Origin: Phaeosaccion multiseriatum
Taxonomy: Eukaryota > Protista > Ochrophyta, other classes
Direction: 5' to 3'
Length of the DNA stretch: 64,000 nucleotides
NCBI GenBank assembly: GCA_965112735.1
Contig: OZ218952.1
Coordinates: 5,456,001-5,520,000 of the forward strand
Numbering within the stretch: position 1 is the stretch's first letter; every line of letters starts with the position of its first letter. This document shows positions 37,901 through 51,500 of this stretch, piece by piece. The notes beneath the pieces are model-generated. The model saw only the letters and a program-made list of their open reading frames with translations. It did not search any database and was not told where the DNA came from. Both the position numbers and the translations under genes were made by a program.

Positions 37901-40900
37901 TGTCCCCGCTGCTCTTGATTAGCTTCCGACATGCCTCCCCCCCCCCCGACGTTTCGTCCTTGTGTAGTTTGATGCGTAGCATCATAGCAAGGCGGCCCAC
38001 AGCAACGGTGGAAGGGGAGAACCCGTCGACGGTCGGTGTTCACGTCGAGGGCTGCGAGCTCAAGACGTCGGAGGGTTCGGTTGTATCGTGTCGCTTCTTC
38101 GACTGTGGTGGTCAGCAAGACTATCACGGCCTGAGCAGCATGTTTATGACAGAAGGAGCTGCCTACCTGCTGGTTTGGAGTCCGCCCGACGATCCAAATG
38201 GCGCTGAGCTTGAACCGTTCTTTGAAATGCTCAAGCACGGCGCTTCGAAGTCCACTGCGCTCGGTGTAGCCAATAAATGCGACCAGTGGAAGGGGGCTCA
38301 GAGCGATTTGACGGCACGCTGTACGTCATTTCACAGTGTTGTGAAGAAGGAGCTGCGGGAGGGGCGCATAGCGTTGGGGGAAAAAATACACATGACGAGC
38401 TGCAAGGAGGACGGAGGGCGGGAGGAGGAGCTAAGGGTGTTGATGGAGGCGCTAACGGACCTAGGCCAGACGTACGTAGTGGGTCCCTTGCTCGAGAAAG
38501 CAGTGGCCCTTCTGGACCGCATGGCGAAGGGGCACATCTTTCTGACAATGGGTGAAGTGGAAGAAGCGTGGAAGGTGGAGTTGCAGAAGGACGGAGACGA
38601 AGACGAGGACAAGGAGCTTGCGGATGTGATGCTCCAGTGCGGAGTCAATATGCTGTAAGTACGGAGGGCCTTTGGGGCGAGTTTGTGCGGAATTGAGCGA
38701 GCCTATTAGCTGGGTATGGTCCAGATTCCCAAGGTTGTTGGCGTGGCTGAATACGGTTCGGACCAGCAAGGGCCGTTTTGTATTGAGTCCGAGGCAAGAG
38801 GGAACGTAAGCACCCGTGGGGGGCGGGGGTAGCTAGATCACTTTCCCGCCGTGCCCCTCTCATTGCATCTCTCGGTGGGCGTGCAGGGACAGGAACGGAA
38901 GACTCGTGGTGGCTGGAGGCGTGGAGAAAGGTGCAGCCATTGTTCTTTCAGAGGCGGCTTTGTTTTCCAAGTTGATCAGTCCGCTCCTGACTCCGGCCGA
39001 TGCCATCACTTCCGACGGTGAAGAAGTGCTTCTCGGCCGCAACGAGGTGTGTGTGAGATGGCAAAGAAAGATAGGAAGGGTTAGAACTTGGCCAGAGTTT
39101 ACTGATGTTGTGTCGTCCGTCTGACATGCCTCCCCCCTTGTCCACACTTTTCTCTTTGCTTGCCTCCACCTGCCGTATCCTCGGTATTGCTTTTTGTGTG
39201 CCCCCCACGGAAGGGACCTTTCACACCATCCGAACTGAAGCCACTGAAGCCGAAGCGACAAGTGGACGACGACGATGGACTTAAACTTGACAGGTGTGGT
39301 GCCAACCAACTCAAAGATGAGGTGCTGACGGTTGGCTTTGCCAGATCGGTGTGGAACGCCGTTCTTCTTCGTGAGGGGGGGGGCGGGGGAAGGACTTTCG
39401 ACGAACAACAAGAAAAGGCTCTGCTGGGAAGGTTGGTGGACCTGGGCATCATTTTTGAGAAGGCTGAGCACGACAATGACTCGGGAGGGGTCATTGGTGG
39501 TGGCAATCCTACCAAGGGGCAAGAGCTCCAATTCGTGGTCTCCCTCCGCATGCCAGATGCGATGGACAGCTCGAACAAGCAAGCGCAGGCATTGAGAGAA
39601 GCGGCGGATGCGATCAGTGAGAAGATGAAGGAAGGGGAATACTTGAAGCAGGTGTACCTCCAGCTGGAGCGCCCCCCTTCCCCCGGGACCATTGCCAGGC
39701 TGGTGTCTACTCTTTCCACCAAGGGACTCGGTGAGGTGGCGGTGGGCTGGAGGCAAGGGGCGTTGTTCGTCGATGCACAACAGGCGTACATGGCCTTTGT
39801 CAGCTATGACTGGAAAAAAGAACGGTTGTACCTGAAGGTGGCTGGCCAATGGGAAGAAGGAGAGGCGCAGGTGAGGAAGAGGGAGGGGGGTCACATGCGG
39901 GGACTGATGTACTCACCACCGGGTCGCACTTATTCTGACTCTTGCAAGTTGTGTTTCTCCACTTTTTCTGTTTTGCGCTTCATCAACAATGCAACAAAGT
40001 GCGACTTTTTCCCGACCGTTGCGATGGGCTTGTTGCTCCGGCACACAGTCCACCATCTCTCCTCCTACAAGTGCCGGTGGAAGGCCGTGTACGTTGTGAA
40101 GGACATGAAAGAAGAGTGGGGGCCACTCTGTGAGGTAAGAGAGAGTGTGTGCGCTGTGCTTGTGGTATAGTCGAGGCTTCTCTCGTGCCAGAGAAGCGTT
40201 GCTATCAGCTTGCGTGTGGCTGACAGATATCATAACCTTTGTGTTGTGGGACGGAAACAGGGAGACCTTCAGGAACTCGGGTGTGTGCTGGATAGCAGGT
40301 CGAGGAAAGCTGAGGCAGGCACAAACGAGCAGCGCCGGCTGTCGGAACAGGATGTCGAGGGGCTGATCGCTACACCCGTCCCGAGCCCCCGCTGGGCGCC
40401 GCCGACCCTGGCCTTGGATCACTTTGGAGACAAGTGGAAGAGGGTCTGCGAGGATTTTAAAAAGGAGGCTTTCGGTACACTACGGACTTGCGTGGAAATG
40501 TTCACGAAAAACCAGGTACGAGGCTGCTGGGAGCTAAAAGTAGACCTGTGTGACGACTTGTGCTCTCCAAAACCTGTGTTCTGACGCCGAATTCCTTTTG
40601 TCCCTCTCTTCTCTCGAAGGGATACCTGCGGAAGGCGCGAGAGGAGCTTCTCAAAGACGGCGAAAGTCTTGTAATGAAGGACGACACGGAGTACCAAGTC
40701 TTCCTGAGCCACGCTGGGACGGAGAAGCGGGGCATTGTGTCTCTGCTGCACAGATGTCTGTGGCAGAGAGGAATTCCGACTTTCTTGGATGAGACAAGTT
40801 TGCGCGCAGGAGACCGCGCGGAGGACAAGATGCTCAAGGTGGCTGACACCGCCCCGATTGGCGTGGTCGTGCTGAGTCCGTCTTTTGTGCGCCGAGAGTG

Positions 40901-41270
40901 GCCTCTTCAGGAGATGCAAATCTTCATGGAAAGGGCGGAGAAGGAGAAAGCAGTGTTGGTGCCGTTATTCTTCGGACTGACGGTTGAGGAATGCTGGGAC
41001 ACGGGCAAATTAGAAGACAACCATCCTGACGTGAAGAAGACATGGGGAGACTGGAGCGAAGGGGAGGGAGGGGTTTGGGGTTGGCTTGAGCAGGGGAAGA
41101 CAGCAGACAAGCTTGCGAAAGACCTGCTGGGGGGTGTGGGTACGCACACGGGTCTCCGCGACGACCAGAAAGAAGATCTGTTTGCTTTCGCCAAAAGAGT
41201 GGCCAACAAGGTGGAAAGGGCATTGACGACGTTTCATTCCAAGTCCGAGAAAAGAAAGTTCGAAGGGTAG
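34935..41270 (+). CDS. LRR-ROC-COR-TIR protein, paralog 2; N-cap plus 14 LRR exons
   Basis: Same exon structure as paralog 1. Roc motifs and the TIR (WPLQE) are intact. Stop at 41270. Confidence 0.88.
35361..37377 (+). repeat. LRR cassette array 2 (14 x 72-bp exons)
   Basis: Exon starts: 35361, 35510, 35671, 35820, 35968, 36116, 36265, 36414, 36565, 36714, 36863, 37011, 37157, 37306. Confidence 0.95.
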
Positions 41271-42154
41271 GAGGGGGGTTCCACGCTGACATGCACGTGT
41301 GAGGGGGGGGGGGGGGGGGGCAGAAGCCCGGACGTGACGGATACCATAACACAAGAATGAGATTGTATATAAATGTAGTGGAAGGAAGGTCCAGAAACGT
41401 GACGTCCAGCTCAGAACGCCAGCCAGAGCCGCCAGCCTTCGGGCCTACGTGCTTCCACGCCGGGCCTTCTCAGGCGGTGGTCTTGTTTTTGGACTCTGCT
41501 TGCCTCTTGTCTATCTGTCTGTCTACCACTCTAGTTCGCTCGTTCGCTCGCTTGCTCCTCCACGCTCCTTTGATGCATTGGTGTAACTTTGGTGTGCGTT
41601 GGTGTGCCTCACGCTTAACTTGTGTGGTGGGCCGTCAAGGACCATCCACTTCACATACACAGTACTAGAACGGAGGGGAGCGGCCGCTTTTCATGTGGAG
41701 CCCTTGTCATGTTGCAAGTTGCTGGGCGATGAGTCAGGCAACGTCTTAGCACCGTAGGAATCACATTGCGGGGTCCGGCCTCTCTCTCCGCTCTAGTCGT
41801 ATAAATACATGTATGTGTAGTGGATGGAGAATTAAATTTAATCCATAAACTATAATTGAATTGACAGATGGTATTAAAAAAATGGTATTACACAATAGGA
41901 GAGCTTGCTTGGGTTGTGCTCAAACACATAAGACCATGCAACAAGTACCCCTCCCCTTACCCTACAAACCCTGGGCCAGACAGGTTAACCGCCCCCGCCC
42001 CCTCGGTCTTTCCCACTTGGGCCTCTAAGAACCCATTGTTTGCTTACCTGGGCCTCAGGGTATCTAGTGTTTGCCTACTTCGACCTCAGTTGGGCCCCAG
42101 GGTACCCATTACCCATTGTTCGCTTACTTGGGCCTGAGGGTGCCCATTATGTGC

Positions 42155-43720
42155 TTACTTGGGCCTCAGGGTGTTGATTATCTTGGCTCTATCGTCGTCA
42201 TACACGTCTTCCCCGAGCCCAATCTTGGGGTTGCTCAGGAACTCGTTCTGAGGAGGAGGAGGAAGAGGAGCAGGAGGAGGAGGAGGACGAGCAGCAGCAG
42301 CAGCAGGAGGAGGGTGAGGAGGAGCAGCAGGAGGAGGGTGAGGAGGACACACACACAGGCACACACACACGCCCAGACAACACGGGCAAACACAAACACA
42401 CACATACACGCACACCCACACATACACACATATATACACACGCCGACACACATACACACACATACATACACACACCCACCTGCGCATCGTCGCTCTGATA
42501 CACACACGAGAGCAGCGGGTTGTCGTCAAGATCGCCCACAAAGGCCCATGTATTCATGCCGTTCTTACACGTGTTGACCTCCTTATCCGACAGCAAATGG
42601 CGACGCTGCAGCACCTCTACCACGTTAGCGGGCCTCAGCACACACGCCGGCTTGACGTCCGCTTGGCTCACATGGATGGAGAAGGGGTTGAAGGTGACAA
42701 ACACGCGTTGGTCCAGAGCCATGGCGGAGGAACCGTATATCTGCGGAGGATTGAGGATGGAATAGGAGGAGGAGGCGGAGGAGGACGGAGGAGAAGGAGG
42801 AGGAGGAGGATGGACGAGGAGGAGGAGGAGGAGGATGGAGGATGGAGGATGAGGAGGAGGAGAAGGAGGAGGATAAATAGCAGTGTATGAATGGCAGTGG
42901 ATGGTGGAGGAGCGGGCCCGGGTGGGGTGGGGTGGGTGGTGGGGTGGCAGAACAGAGTAGAGAGGAGTAGAGGCATGAGACAGAGAGAGGACAATGGTGC
43001 ATCAGGACTGATCAGGACTGACACTCAAACAAAGTGTGGCATGCTCTCTCCTCTTCCCTCTCCTCTGTTCGCCCCTCTCTGCCTCCTCTCCAGCTAGACT
43101 GACGGAATGACGGACGAACGGAAGTGGGGGTGGGCTTGCGCCCTCCTCTCTCCCCTCTCTCCTCTATTCTTTTCTCGCTCTCCTCTCTCCTCCGGTCTCT
43201 TTCTCACCTCTCCTCTTTCTCCTCTATTCTCTCCCTCCCCTCTCTCCTCTGTTCCCTCTCCTCTTTCCTCCTCCTCTCTGGTCTCTCTCTCCTCCGTTCT
43301 CTGTCCTCTGTTCTTTGTACTCTCTCCTCTGCTCCCTGTCCTCTCTCCTCCGGTGTCTCTCTCTCCTCTCTCCTCTGTTCACTGTCTCTGTTCTTTGTAC
43401 TCTCTCCTCTGCTCCCTGTCCTCCCTCCTCCGGTCTCTCTCTCCTCCCTCCTCCGTTCTCTGTCCTCTGTTCTTTGTACTCTCTCCTCTCTTCCCTGTCC
43501 TCTCTCTTTCCTCCGGTCTCTCTCTGCTCTCCCCTCTGTTCTCACCTCTACCTGTACCTGGCAAATACTCTCTCCTCTGTTCTCCCCTGTACCTGTACCT
43601 GGCAAATATTAGGGTTCGGCGCTTGGCGGTCGATGGCGTCTCGGCTGGCAAGGTCCTTCGGGTTGGTGTTGATGGCGGAGTCAAGCGTTACGCCCGTGCC
43701 TATACCGAGCACGAACATGC
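42155..43720 (-). pseudogene. DUF3172-like gene fragment, copy 2
   Basis: Same three exons as 30919-32384, truncated at the same junction. Confidence 0.72.
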
Positions 43721-44462
43721 CTGCGACGACAGAGAGAGGAGGGGGAGGGGGAGGTAGAGACAAGAGAGCGAGGGCGCGCACACGCAGAGACGGGAGGCGT
43801 CAGTCGGAGAGGGGAAAAGAGAGCCCCTCTATCGTCTCCAGACGTCGGTGCATGAGCTGCTGCGGTTGAGACTGTGGTGGCCGGTTGCCAACAGCATCAG
43901 TGTGCAAGACACCCTCCAGGTGACTCACCCGAGCCTGCATCGCTCGTCCTGTCAATGGGGCCTACGCAGGCGCTGGTCGTCCCCCCGACCCACCACTAGT
44001 ACTGCCACTGGCTGCATCACCAAACAAGGCTTCCTCTGCAGTAGTGCTCCATGGAGAGCGAGTATATGGCAGCAGCGGAAGCAGTGAAGGAGCTACTGTT
44101 TCATAGAGGTTTGGCGCAACGACGGCGAGAACGGGAGCTACCCTTACGGAGTTGGCTTTGCACGAGGATAACCAGGAAAGGGGGAAGAAGGGGAAGTAGG
44201 GGGAAAGGAACGCAAGTTCGAAGCGAACACGCCACACCGACGTCCGTTATCATTTCTGCAGTACCACGTGCGCAAGAGGACGAAAAGAAGGGCTGGCACC
44301 TCAGCCCAGCCAGGTACACAGCGGTCTGGCATTTTCAAGGTCACATCCATTTGTGAATTTGATGGATTCAAAGCTCGTTCAGCGTGTGTCTAAGTAATGA
44401 AGTAATGGTGAGACGTTACTTTTAGACAACCATAGGATGGCACTTAAGGGTGTATATCTCAG

Positions 44463-44710
44463 TCGGCCCTGGAAGAGGTTATCAGATTACTGATTACGGC
44501 CGGCGCAGCCGGCCTGATTACTGATTACTGCCGGCGCCAGCCGGCCTGATTACTGATTATGGCGCCAGCCGGGTCTGATTACTGATTATGACCGGCGCCA
44601 GCCGGCCTGATTACTGATTATGACGGGCGCTAGCCGGCCTGATTACTGATTATTGGCGCCAGCCGGCCTGATTACTGACCGGCGCACACTGTAACCTCTT
44701 CCAGGGCCGA
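44463..44710. mobile_element. 248-bp MITE with TCGG termini and 6-bp TSD
   Basis: TCGGCCCTGGAAGAGGTTA...TAACCTCTTCCAGGGCCGA. TCTCAG is duplicated at 44457-44462 and 44711-44716. Internal GCCGGCCTGATTACTGATTA repeats are shared with the larger elements. Empty site in units 2 and 4. Confidence 0.92.
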
Positions 44711-45201
44711 TCTCAGGCCCAGTCTTCCTTCCGTAATGAGACTGGCCAGCGTCGATTGGGAGTTGCAAATGGAGCAGTGCTTGACAGGGAAGGGGCGAGG
44801 GGAATACGAGCCCTCAGGACATTTTGGCCGACGTCGCAGGAAGAGCCGCACCAGTCAAGAGAGCACGAGCATCGGACATCATTTTTAAGTGAAGACTCCA
44901 CGCCATATGCGATCGCACCAGTAGTACCATTGACACCATTTCAACCAATTCATTTACCTCCTCCTCCCACATCCTGTCGCTGGAAGAGCCGCACCAGTCA
45001 AGAGAGCACGAATGCACATCATTTTGAAGTGAAGACTCCACGCCATATGCGATCGCCCCAGTAGTACCATTGAACAAGACTCCGTCATCTGGAGACGCAT
45101 CGCAGCCAGACCAACCTCCTCCTCCTCCCCCGCCGAGTCTTTCCACATCCGGCACTCGCCATTTGAGTCCCTCGTCGACCCTCGTACTTTGCTCCTCCTG
45201 C

Positions 45202-45406
45202 ATACGACGGCGTTTAGCCGTTGCGCTCCAGCGAGCTCGCCACGAAAGATCGATTCGCCATAGGATCCTGGCTGGCATCAACTTTATGCCAATCGGGAGA
45301 ACTGACGCATCGGAGGAATACGACCTCGAGGGCTAAGTTCCCCGGGGGGCGGTGAGACATTACTTTTAGACAATCATAGATGGCACTTTAAGGGTGTAAT
45401 ATATAA
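45202..45406 (+). mobile_element. Short 3' fragment of a diverged CRE-like subfamily
   Basis: IRRRLAVALQRARHERSIRHRILAGINF with many synonymous differences from the other copies and the same 3' UTR. TSD CCTCCTGC at 45194-45201 and 45407-45414. Confidence 0.82.
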
Positions 45407-45549
45407 CCTCCTGCCTCGCCTCCCCCTTTCTTCCACTTCTTGCCAACTCCAACCCTCTTCTCTCCTCCTCCTCCCTGCCGAGGGCGCAGCCCGAAGCACC
45501 ACCTTGTATCTAAGTAAGCGATTTTTTTGGCGTGTTCGAAGGTTGCAGG

Positions 45550-48500
45550 ATGTCTAGCGTCCTCGACGAGCAGCGTAGGATACTCACGACCGTCTTTCAA
45601 GCCACGAGCGGACCCGCTTGGTCTAACTCTGCAGGATGGAACACGGAAGCACCATTGGAGACCTGGTTCAGAGTGAGCGTAGAGAAAGAGAATGGCTATG
45701 TGGTGACGCTCGCCCTGAATTACAACGGCCTCAGAGGTGAGAGAGGTGTGATTATTGTTGTTGCGCCTTGGGTCCTGAAGAGTTTTCTAAAGTCTTGAAG
45801 GTTCGAAAAGGTCGCTCTTTGTTCATGCAACAACATGTGATGGGTCTAGCATATTCGGGAAGGACGAAGTAAAAAAAAAAATGAGGCAGCGGCATGACGT
45901 GGTAGTCCAGCGACGCGTCCCCTTGACTTGACTTGATATTAGTATGGCTGAACAACGTTCTCCACATCTCAGGGAGCATTCCGCCGCAACTAGGACAGCT
46001 TTCGAACCTTCGAGAACTTTGGCTCAACGGGAACAGTCTAGAAGGTAGGTGGTACGCGTACCCGTTCGCGTCCCTTTCACTTGATGTAAGTATGACCAAG
46101 AACTTTCCTCCGCTCCGCAGGGAATATTCCGCCCGCGCTGGGAGATCTGAAGAACCTTCAGGTTCTGGCCCTCTACGAAAATGAGCTCACTGGTAAGTGG
46201 TACGCACACCCGTTCGCGTCCCTTTCACTTGATGTAAGTATGACTGAAGAACTTTCCTCCGCTCCGCAGGGAATATTCCGCCCGAGCTTGGAGATCTGCA
46301 GAACCTTCAGGGTCTGTACCTCAACGACAACAAGCTCACTGGTGAGTGGTACGCACACCCGTTCGCGTCCCTTTCGCTTGATGTTAGTGTGACCAAAGAA
46401 CTTTCCTTCGCTCCGCAGGGAGCATTCCACCCGAGCTTGGAAGTCTTCAGAACCTGAAGGTGCTCAACCTCTTTGTCAACAGGCTCACTGGTAGGTGGTA
46501 CGCGAACCCGTTCGCGTCCCTTCCACTGATTTATGTATAACCAAAGAGCTTCCATCCGATACAGGTCCTATTCCCGCTGCCCTCATTGAGCGTTTGGAAG
46601 TCCAGATCACCAGTTACAATTTCGAGGGCAATATGTTAAGCCTTCCAGAAGACATCGGCACCCAGACACATCTTACCAAGCTCGATTTGTCTCGCCAGGG
46701 CCTTGTAGGTAGGTGGTACGCGAACCCGTTCGCGTCCCTTTCACTTGATATGAGTATGACCACGGAACTTTCCCTCCATACTCAGGGAGCATTCCAACAG
46801 AGCTTGGAAGTCTACAGAACCTTGAGATGCTGAAACTCAGTGGCAATCAGCTCTCTGGTAAGTGGTACGCACACCCGTTCGCGTCCCTTCGACTTGATAT
46901 GAGTATGACCAAAGAACTCTCCCTCATCCGCAGGGAGCATTCCACGCGAGCTTGGAAGTCTGGAGGGGCTTGTGAGACTGGCCCTCGACAACAATCAGCT
47001 CACTGGTAAGTGGTACGCACACCCGTTCGCGTCCCTTTTACTTGATATGAGTATGACCAAAGAACTTTCCCCCCATCTCAGGGACTATTCCGCCGCAACT
47101 TGGAGAGCTTTCGCACCTTCGAGTACTTTGGCTCAGCGGGAACAATCTAGAAGGTATGTGGTACGCGAACCCGTTCGCGTCGCGTCCCTTTGATTTGATG
47201 TACGTATGACCAAGAACTTTCCTCCGCTCCGCAGGGAACATTCCGCCCGAGCTTGGAAGTCTTGAGAACCTGAAGCGGCTCGCCCTGCAGAGAAACAGGC
47301 TCACTGGTAAGTGTACGCACACCCGTTCGCGTCGCGTCCCTTTGACTTGATATAAGTATGACTGAAGAACTTTCCTCCGCTCCGCAGGGAACATTCCCAA
47401 GGAGTTGGGGGAGCTGACAGAGCTTCTAGAACTTAAGCTGGGATGGAACAAACTCGATGGTAGGTGGTACGCGAACCCGTTCGCGTCGCGCCCCTTTGAT
47501 TTGATGTACGTATGACCAAGAACTTTCCTCCGCTCCGCAGGGAGCATTCCGCCCGAGCTTGGAGGTCTGGAGAAGCTTGAGAATTTGGACCTCTTCAACA
47601 ATGAGCTCACTGGTGAGTGGTACGCACACCCGTTCGCGTCCCTTTGGCTTGATAGTCGTATGACAAGGAAAGTCCCTCCGCTCCGCAGGGAACATTCCGT
47701 TGGAGCTTGGAAGTCTGGAGAAGCTTGGGCGATTGTCTCTCGCTTCCAACAAGCTCACTGGTGAGTGGTACGCACACCCGTTCGCGTCCCTTTCGCTTGA
47801 TAGTAGCGTGACCAATGAGCTCTCCTTCCATCCACAGGGAACCTTCCCAAGGAGTTGGGAGATCTGACCCACTTGTCGTGGCTCTGGCTGCACTACAACA
47901 AGCTCACCGGTGAGTGGTACACACACCCGTTCGCGTCCCTTCCACTGATTTATGTATAACCAAAGAGCTTCCATCCGATACAGGTCCTATTCCCGCTGCC
48001 CTCATTGGGCGTTTGGAAGTCCAGATCACCAATTGCGTTTTCACGGGCAATGCGTTAAGCCTTCCAGACGACATCGGCACCCAGACACATCTTATCAAGC
48101 TCGATTTGTCTCACCAGGGCCTTGTGGGTAGGTGGTACGCACACCCGTTCGCGTCCTCTTGACTTGATATTGGTAGGGCTGAAGAACTTCCCCCCATCTC
48201 AGGGACTATTCCGCCGCAACTTGGAGAGCTTTCGCACCTTCGAGACCTTGATCTCAGCAGGAACAATCTAGAAGGTAGGCGGTACGCGCACCCGTTCGCG
48301 TCCCTTTGACTTGATATTAGTATGGCTGAAGAACTTTCCCCACATCTCAGGGAGCATTCCGCCGCAACTTGGGCAGCTTTCGCACCTTCGAGAACTTAAG
48401 CTCCACCAGAACAGTCTAGAAGGTAGGTGGTACGCACACCCATTCGCGTCCCTTTCGCTTGATACTTGGGTAGGGAACATGGCGAGATTTTCGATTAGCC

Positions 48501-51500
48501 GCTTCTGAGTGGTCCGGCTCCCTCGGCGACGTTCAGCTTGACCCACTACTGCATTTCAAGACTCGCCACGCATCCTCCGCCGTGCCGTTCTACCTTGTCG
48601 CATCCCTGCCTGCAGGCTTTGCAACGGGCACGAGTGAAGATTGGATACTCTTATTTTGCCCGGGCAAGAGTCACTACTTTCGCGTGCAAGATAACCCGCT
48701 TCAGTATCCGCCAGTTGGGGTGCTGCTGCAAGGACGGCACATGACGCAAAAGTACTTCGATGACTTGCGCAAGTGTTCAAAAGAAGTAAGGAGCCTCAAG
48801 GCCATGCTCTTAGGACCCACAACTGTGGGCAAGACCAGGTACGATAATGCCCTCTTCGTCACTTTGTCCTGTCTAGCTAAGTGCGATGGGCGACAGAGGA
48901 GTTCGAGGGCAGGAGAGAGGAGGGAAGAACTGCTAAGATACACACGTCTCGTTGTCCCCGCTGCTCTTGATTAGCTTCCAACATGCCCCCCCCCCCCCCC
49001 CCCGACGTTTCGTCCTTGTGTAGTTTGATGCGTAGCATCATAGAAGGGCGGCCCACAGCGGTGGAAGAGGAGAACCCGTCGACGGTCGGTGTTCACGTCG
49101 AGGGCTGCGAGCTCAAGACGTCGGAGGGTTCGGTTGTATCGTGTCGCTTCTTCGACTGCGGTGGTCAGCAAGACTATCACGGCCTGAGCAGCATGTTTAT
49201 GACAGAAGGAGCTGCCTACCTGCTGGTTTGGAGTCCGCCGGACGATCCAAATGGCGATAAGCTTGAACCGTTCTTTGAAATGCTCAAGCACGGCGCTTCG
49301 AAGTCCACTGCGCTCGGTGTAGCCAATAAATGCGACCAGTGGAAGGGGGCTCAGAGCGATTTGACAGCACGCTGTACGTCATTTCACAGTCTTGTGAAGG
49401 AGCAGCTCCGCAAGGGGCGCATAACGTTGGGGGAAGGAGTGCACATGACGAGCTGCGAGAAGGAGGGAGGGCGGGAGCAGGAGCTGAAGGTGTTGATAGA
49501 GAAGTTAACGGGCCTAGGCCAGACGTACGTAGTGGGTCCCTTGCTCGAGAAAGCAGTGGCCCTTCTGGACCGCATGGCGAAGGGGCACATCTTTCTGACA
49601 ATGGGTGAAGTGGAAGAAGCGTGGAAGGTGGAGTTGCAGAAGGACGGAAACGAAGACGAGGACAAGGAGCTTGCGGATGTGATGCTCCAGTGCGGAGTCA
49701 ATATGCTGTAAGTACGGGGGGCCTTTGGGGCGAGTTTGTGCGCAATTGAGCGCGCCTATTAGCTGGGTATGGTCCAGATTCCCAAGGTTGTTGGCGTGGC
49801 TGAATACGGTTCGGACCAGCAAGGGCCGTTTTGTATTGAGTCCGAGGCAAGAGGGAACGTAAGCACCCGTGGGGGGCGGGGGTAGCTAGATCACTTTCCC
49901 GCCGTGCCCCTCTCATTGCATCTCTCGGTGGGCGTGCAGGGACAGGAACGGAAGACTCGTGGTGGCTGGAGGCGTGGAGAAAGGTGCAGCCATTGTTCTT
50001 TCAGAGGCGGCCTTGTTTTCCAAGTTGATCAGTCCGCTCCTGACTCCGGCCGATGCCATCACTTCCGACGGTGAAGAAGTGCTTCTCGGTCGCAACGAGG
50101 TGTGTGTGAGATGGCAAAGAAAGATAGGAAGGGTTAGAACTTGGCCAGAGTTTACTGATGTTGTGTCGTCCGTCTGACATGCCTCCCCCCTTGTCCACAC
50201 TTTTCTCTTTGCTTGCCCCCATCTGCCATATCCTCGGTATTGCTTTTTTGTTGCCCCACGGAAGGGACCTTTCACACCACCCGCACTGAAGCCACTGAAG
50301 CCGAAGCGACAAGTGGACGACGACGATGGACTTAAACTTGACAGACGTGGTGCCAACCAACTCAAGGATGGGGTGCTGACGGTTGGTTTCGCCAGATCGG
50401 TGTGGAACGCTGTTCTTCTTCGTGAGGGGGGGGACGGGGGAAGGACTTTCGACGAACAACAAGAAAAGGCTTTGCTGGGAAGGTTGGTGAACCTGGGCAT
50501 CATTTTTGAGAAGGCTCAGCACGACAATGCGCCGGGAGGGGTCAATGGTGGTGGCAATCCTGCCGAGGGGCAAGAGCTCCAATTCGTGGTCTCCCTCCGC
50601 ATGCCAGATGCGATGGACAGCTCGAATGGGCGAGCGCAGGAATTGAGAAAAGCGGCGATTGCGATCAGTAAGACGATGAAGGAATGCGAATACTTGAAGC
50701 AGCTGTACCTTCAGCTGGAGCGCCCCCCTTCCCCCGGGACCATTGCCAGGCTGGTGTCTACTCTCTCCACCAAGGGACTCGGTGAGGTGGCGGTTGGCTG
50801 GAGGCAAGGGGCGTTGTTCGTCGCCGCCCAAGAGGCGTACATGGCATTTGTCAGCTATGACTGGACGAAACAACGCTTGTACCTGAAGGTGGCTGGTCTG
50901 TGGGAAGAAGGGGAGAAGCAGGTGAGGAAGAGGAAGGGGGGTCATATACGTGGCCTGATGTACTCACCACCGGGTCGCACTTACTCTGACTCTTGCAAGT
51001 TGTGTTTCTACACCTTTTTTTTTTTGCGCTTCATCAACAATGCAACAAAGTGCGACTCTTTCCCGACCGTTGCGATGGGCTTGTTGCTCCGGCACACGGT
51101 CCACCACCTCTCCTCCTACAAGTGCCGGTGGAAGGCCGTGTACGTGGTCAAGGACATGAAAGAAAAGTGGGAGCCACTCTGTGAGGTAAGAGAGAGTGTG
51201 TGCACTATGCTTGTGGTATGGTCGAGGCCTCACTCGTGCCGGATAAGTGGTGCTCTCAACTTTGGTGCGGCTGACAGATATCATAACCTGTGTGTTTTGG
51301 ACGGAAACAGGGAGACCTTCAGGAACTCGGGTGTGTGCTGGATAGGTCGAGGGAAGCTGAGGCAGGCACAAACGAGCCGGGCCCGCTGTCGGAACAGGAT
51401 GTCGAGGGGCTGATCGCTACACCCGTCCCGAGCCCCCGCTGGGCGCCGCCGACCCTGGCCACGGGTCACTTTGGAGAAGAGTGGAAGACAGTGCGCGACA

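Noticed and set aside
41267-41323. Possible terminal intron (GTAGGA...CTGAC...CAG) extending paralogs 2 and 4
   Set aside because: The acceptor is preceded by poly-G rather than pyrimidines and paralog 1 reads through this region in frame. It cannot be supported without cDNA.
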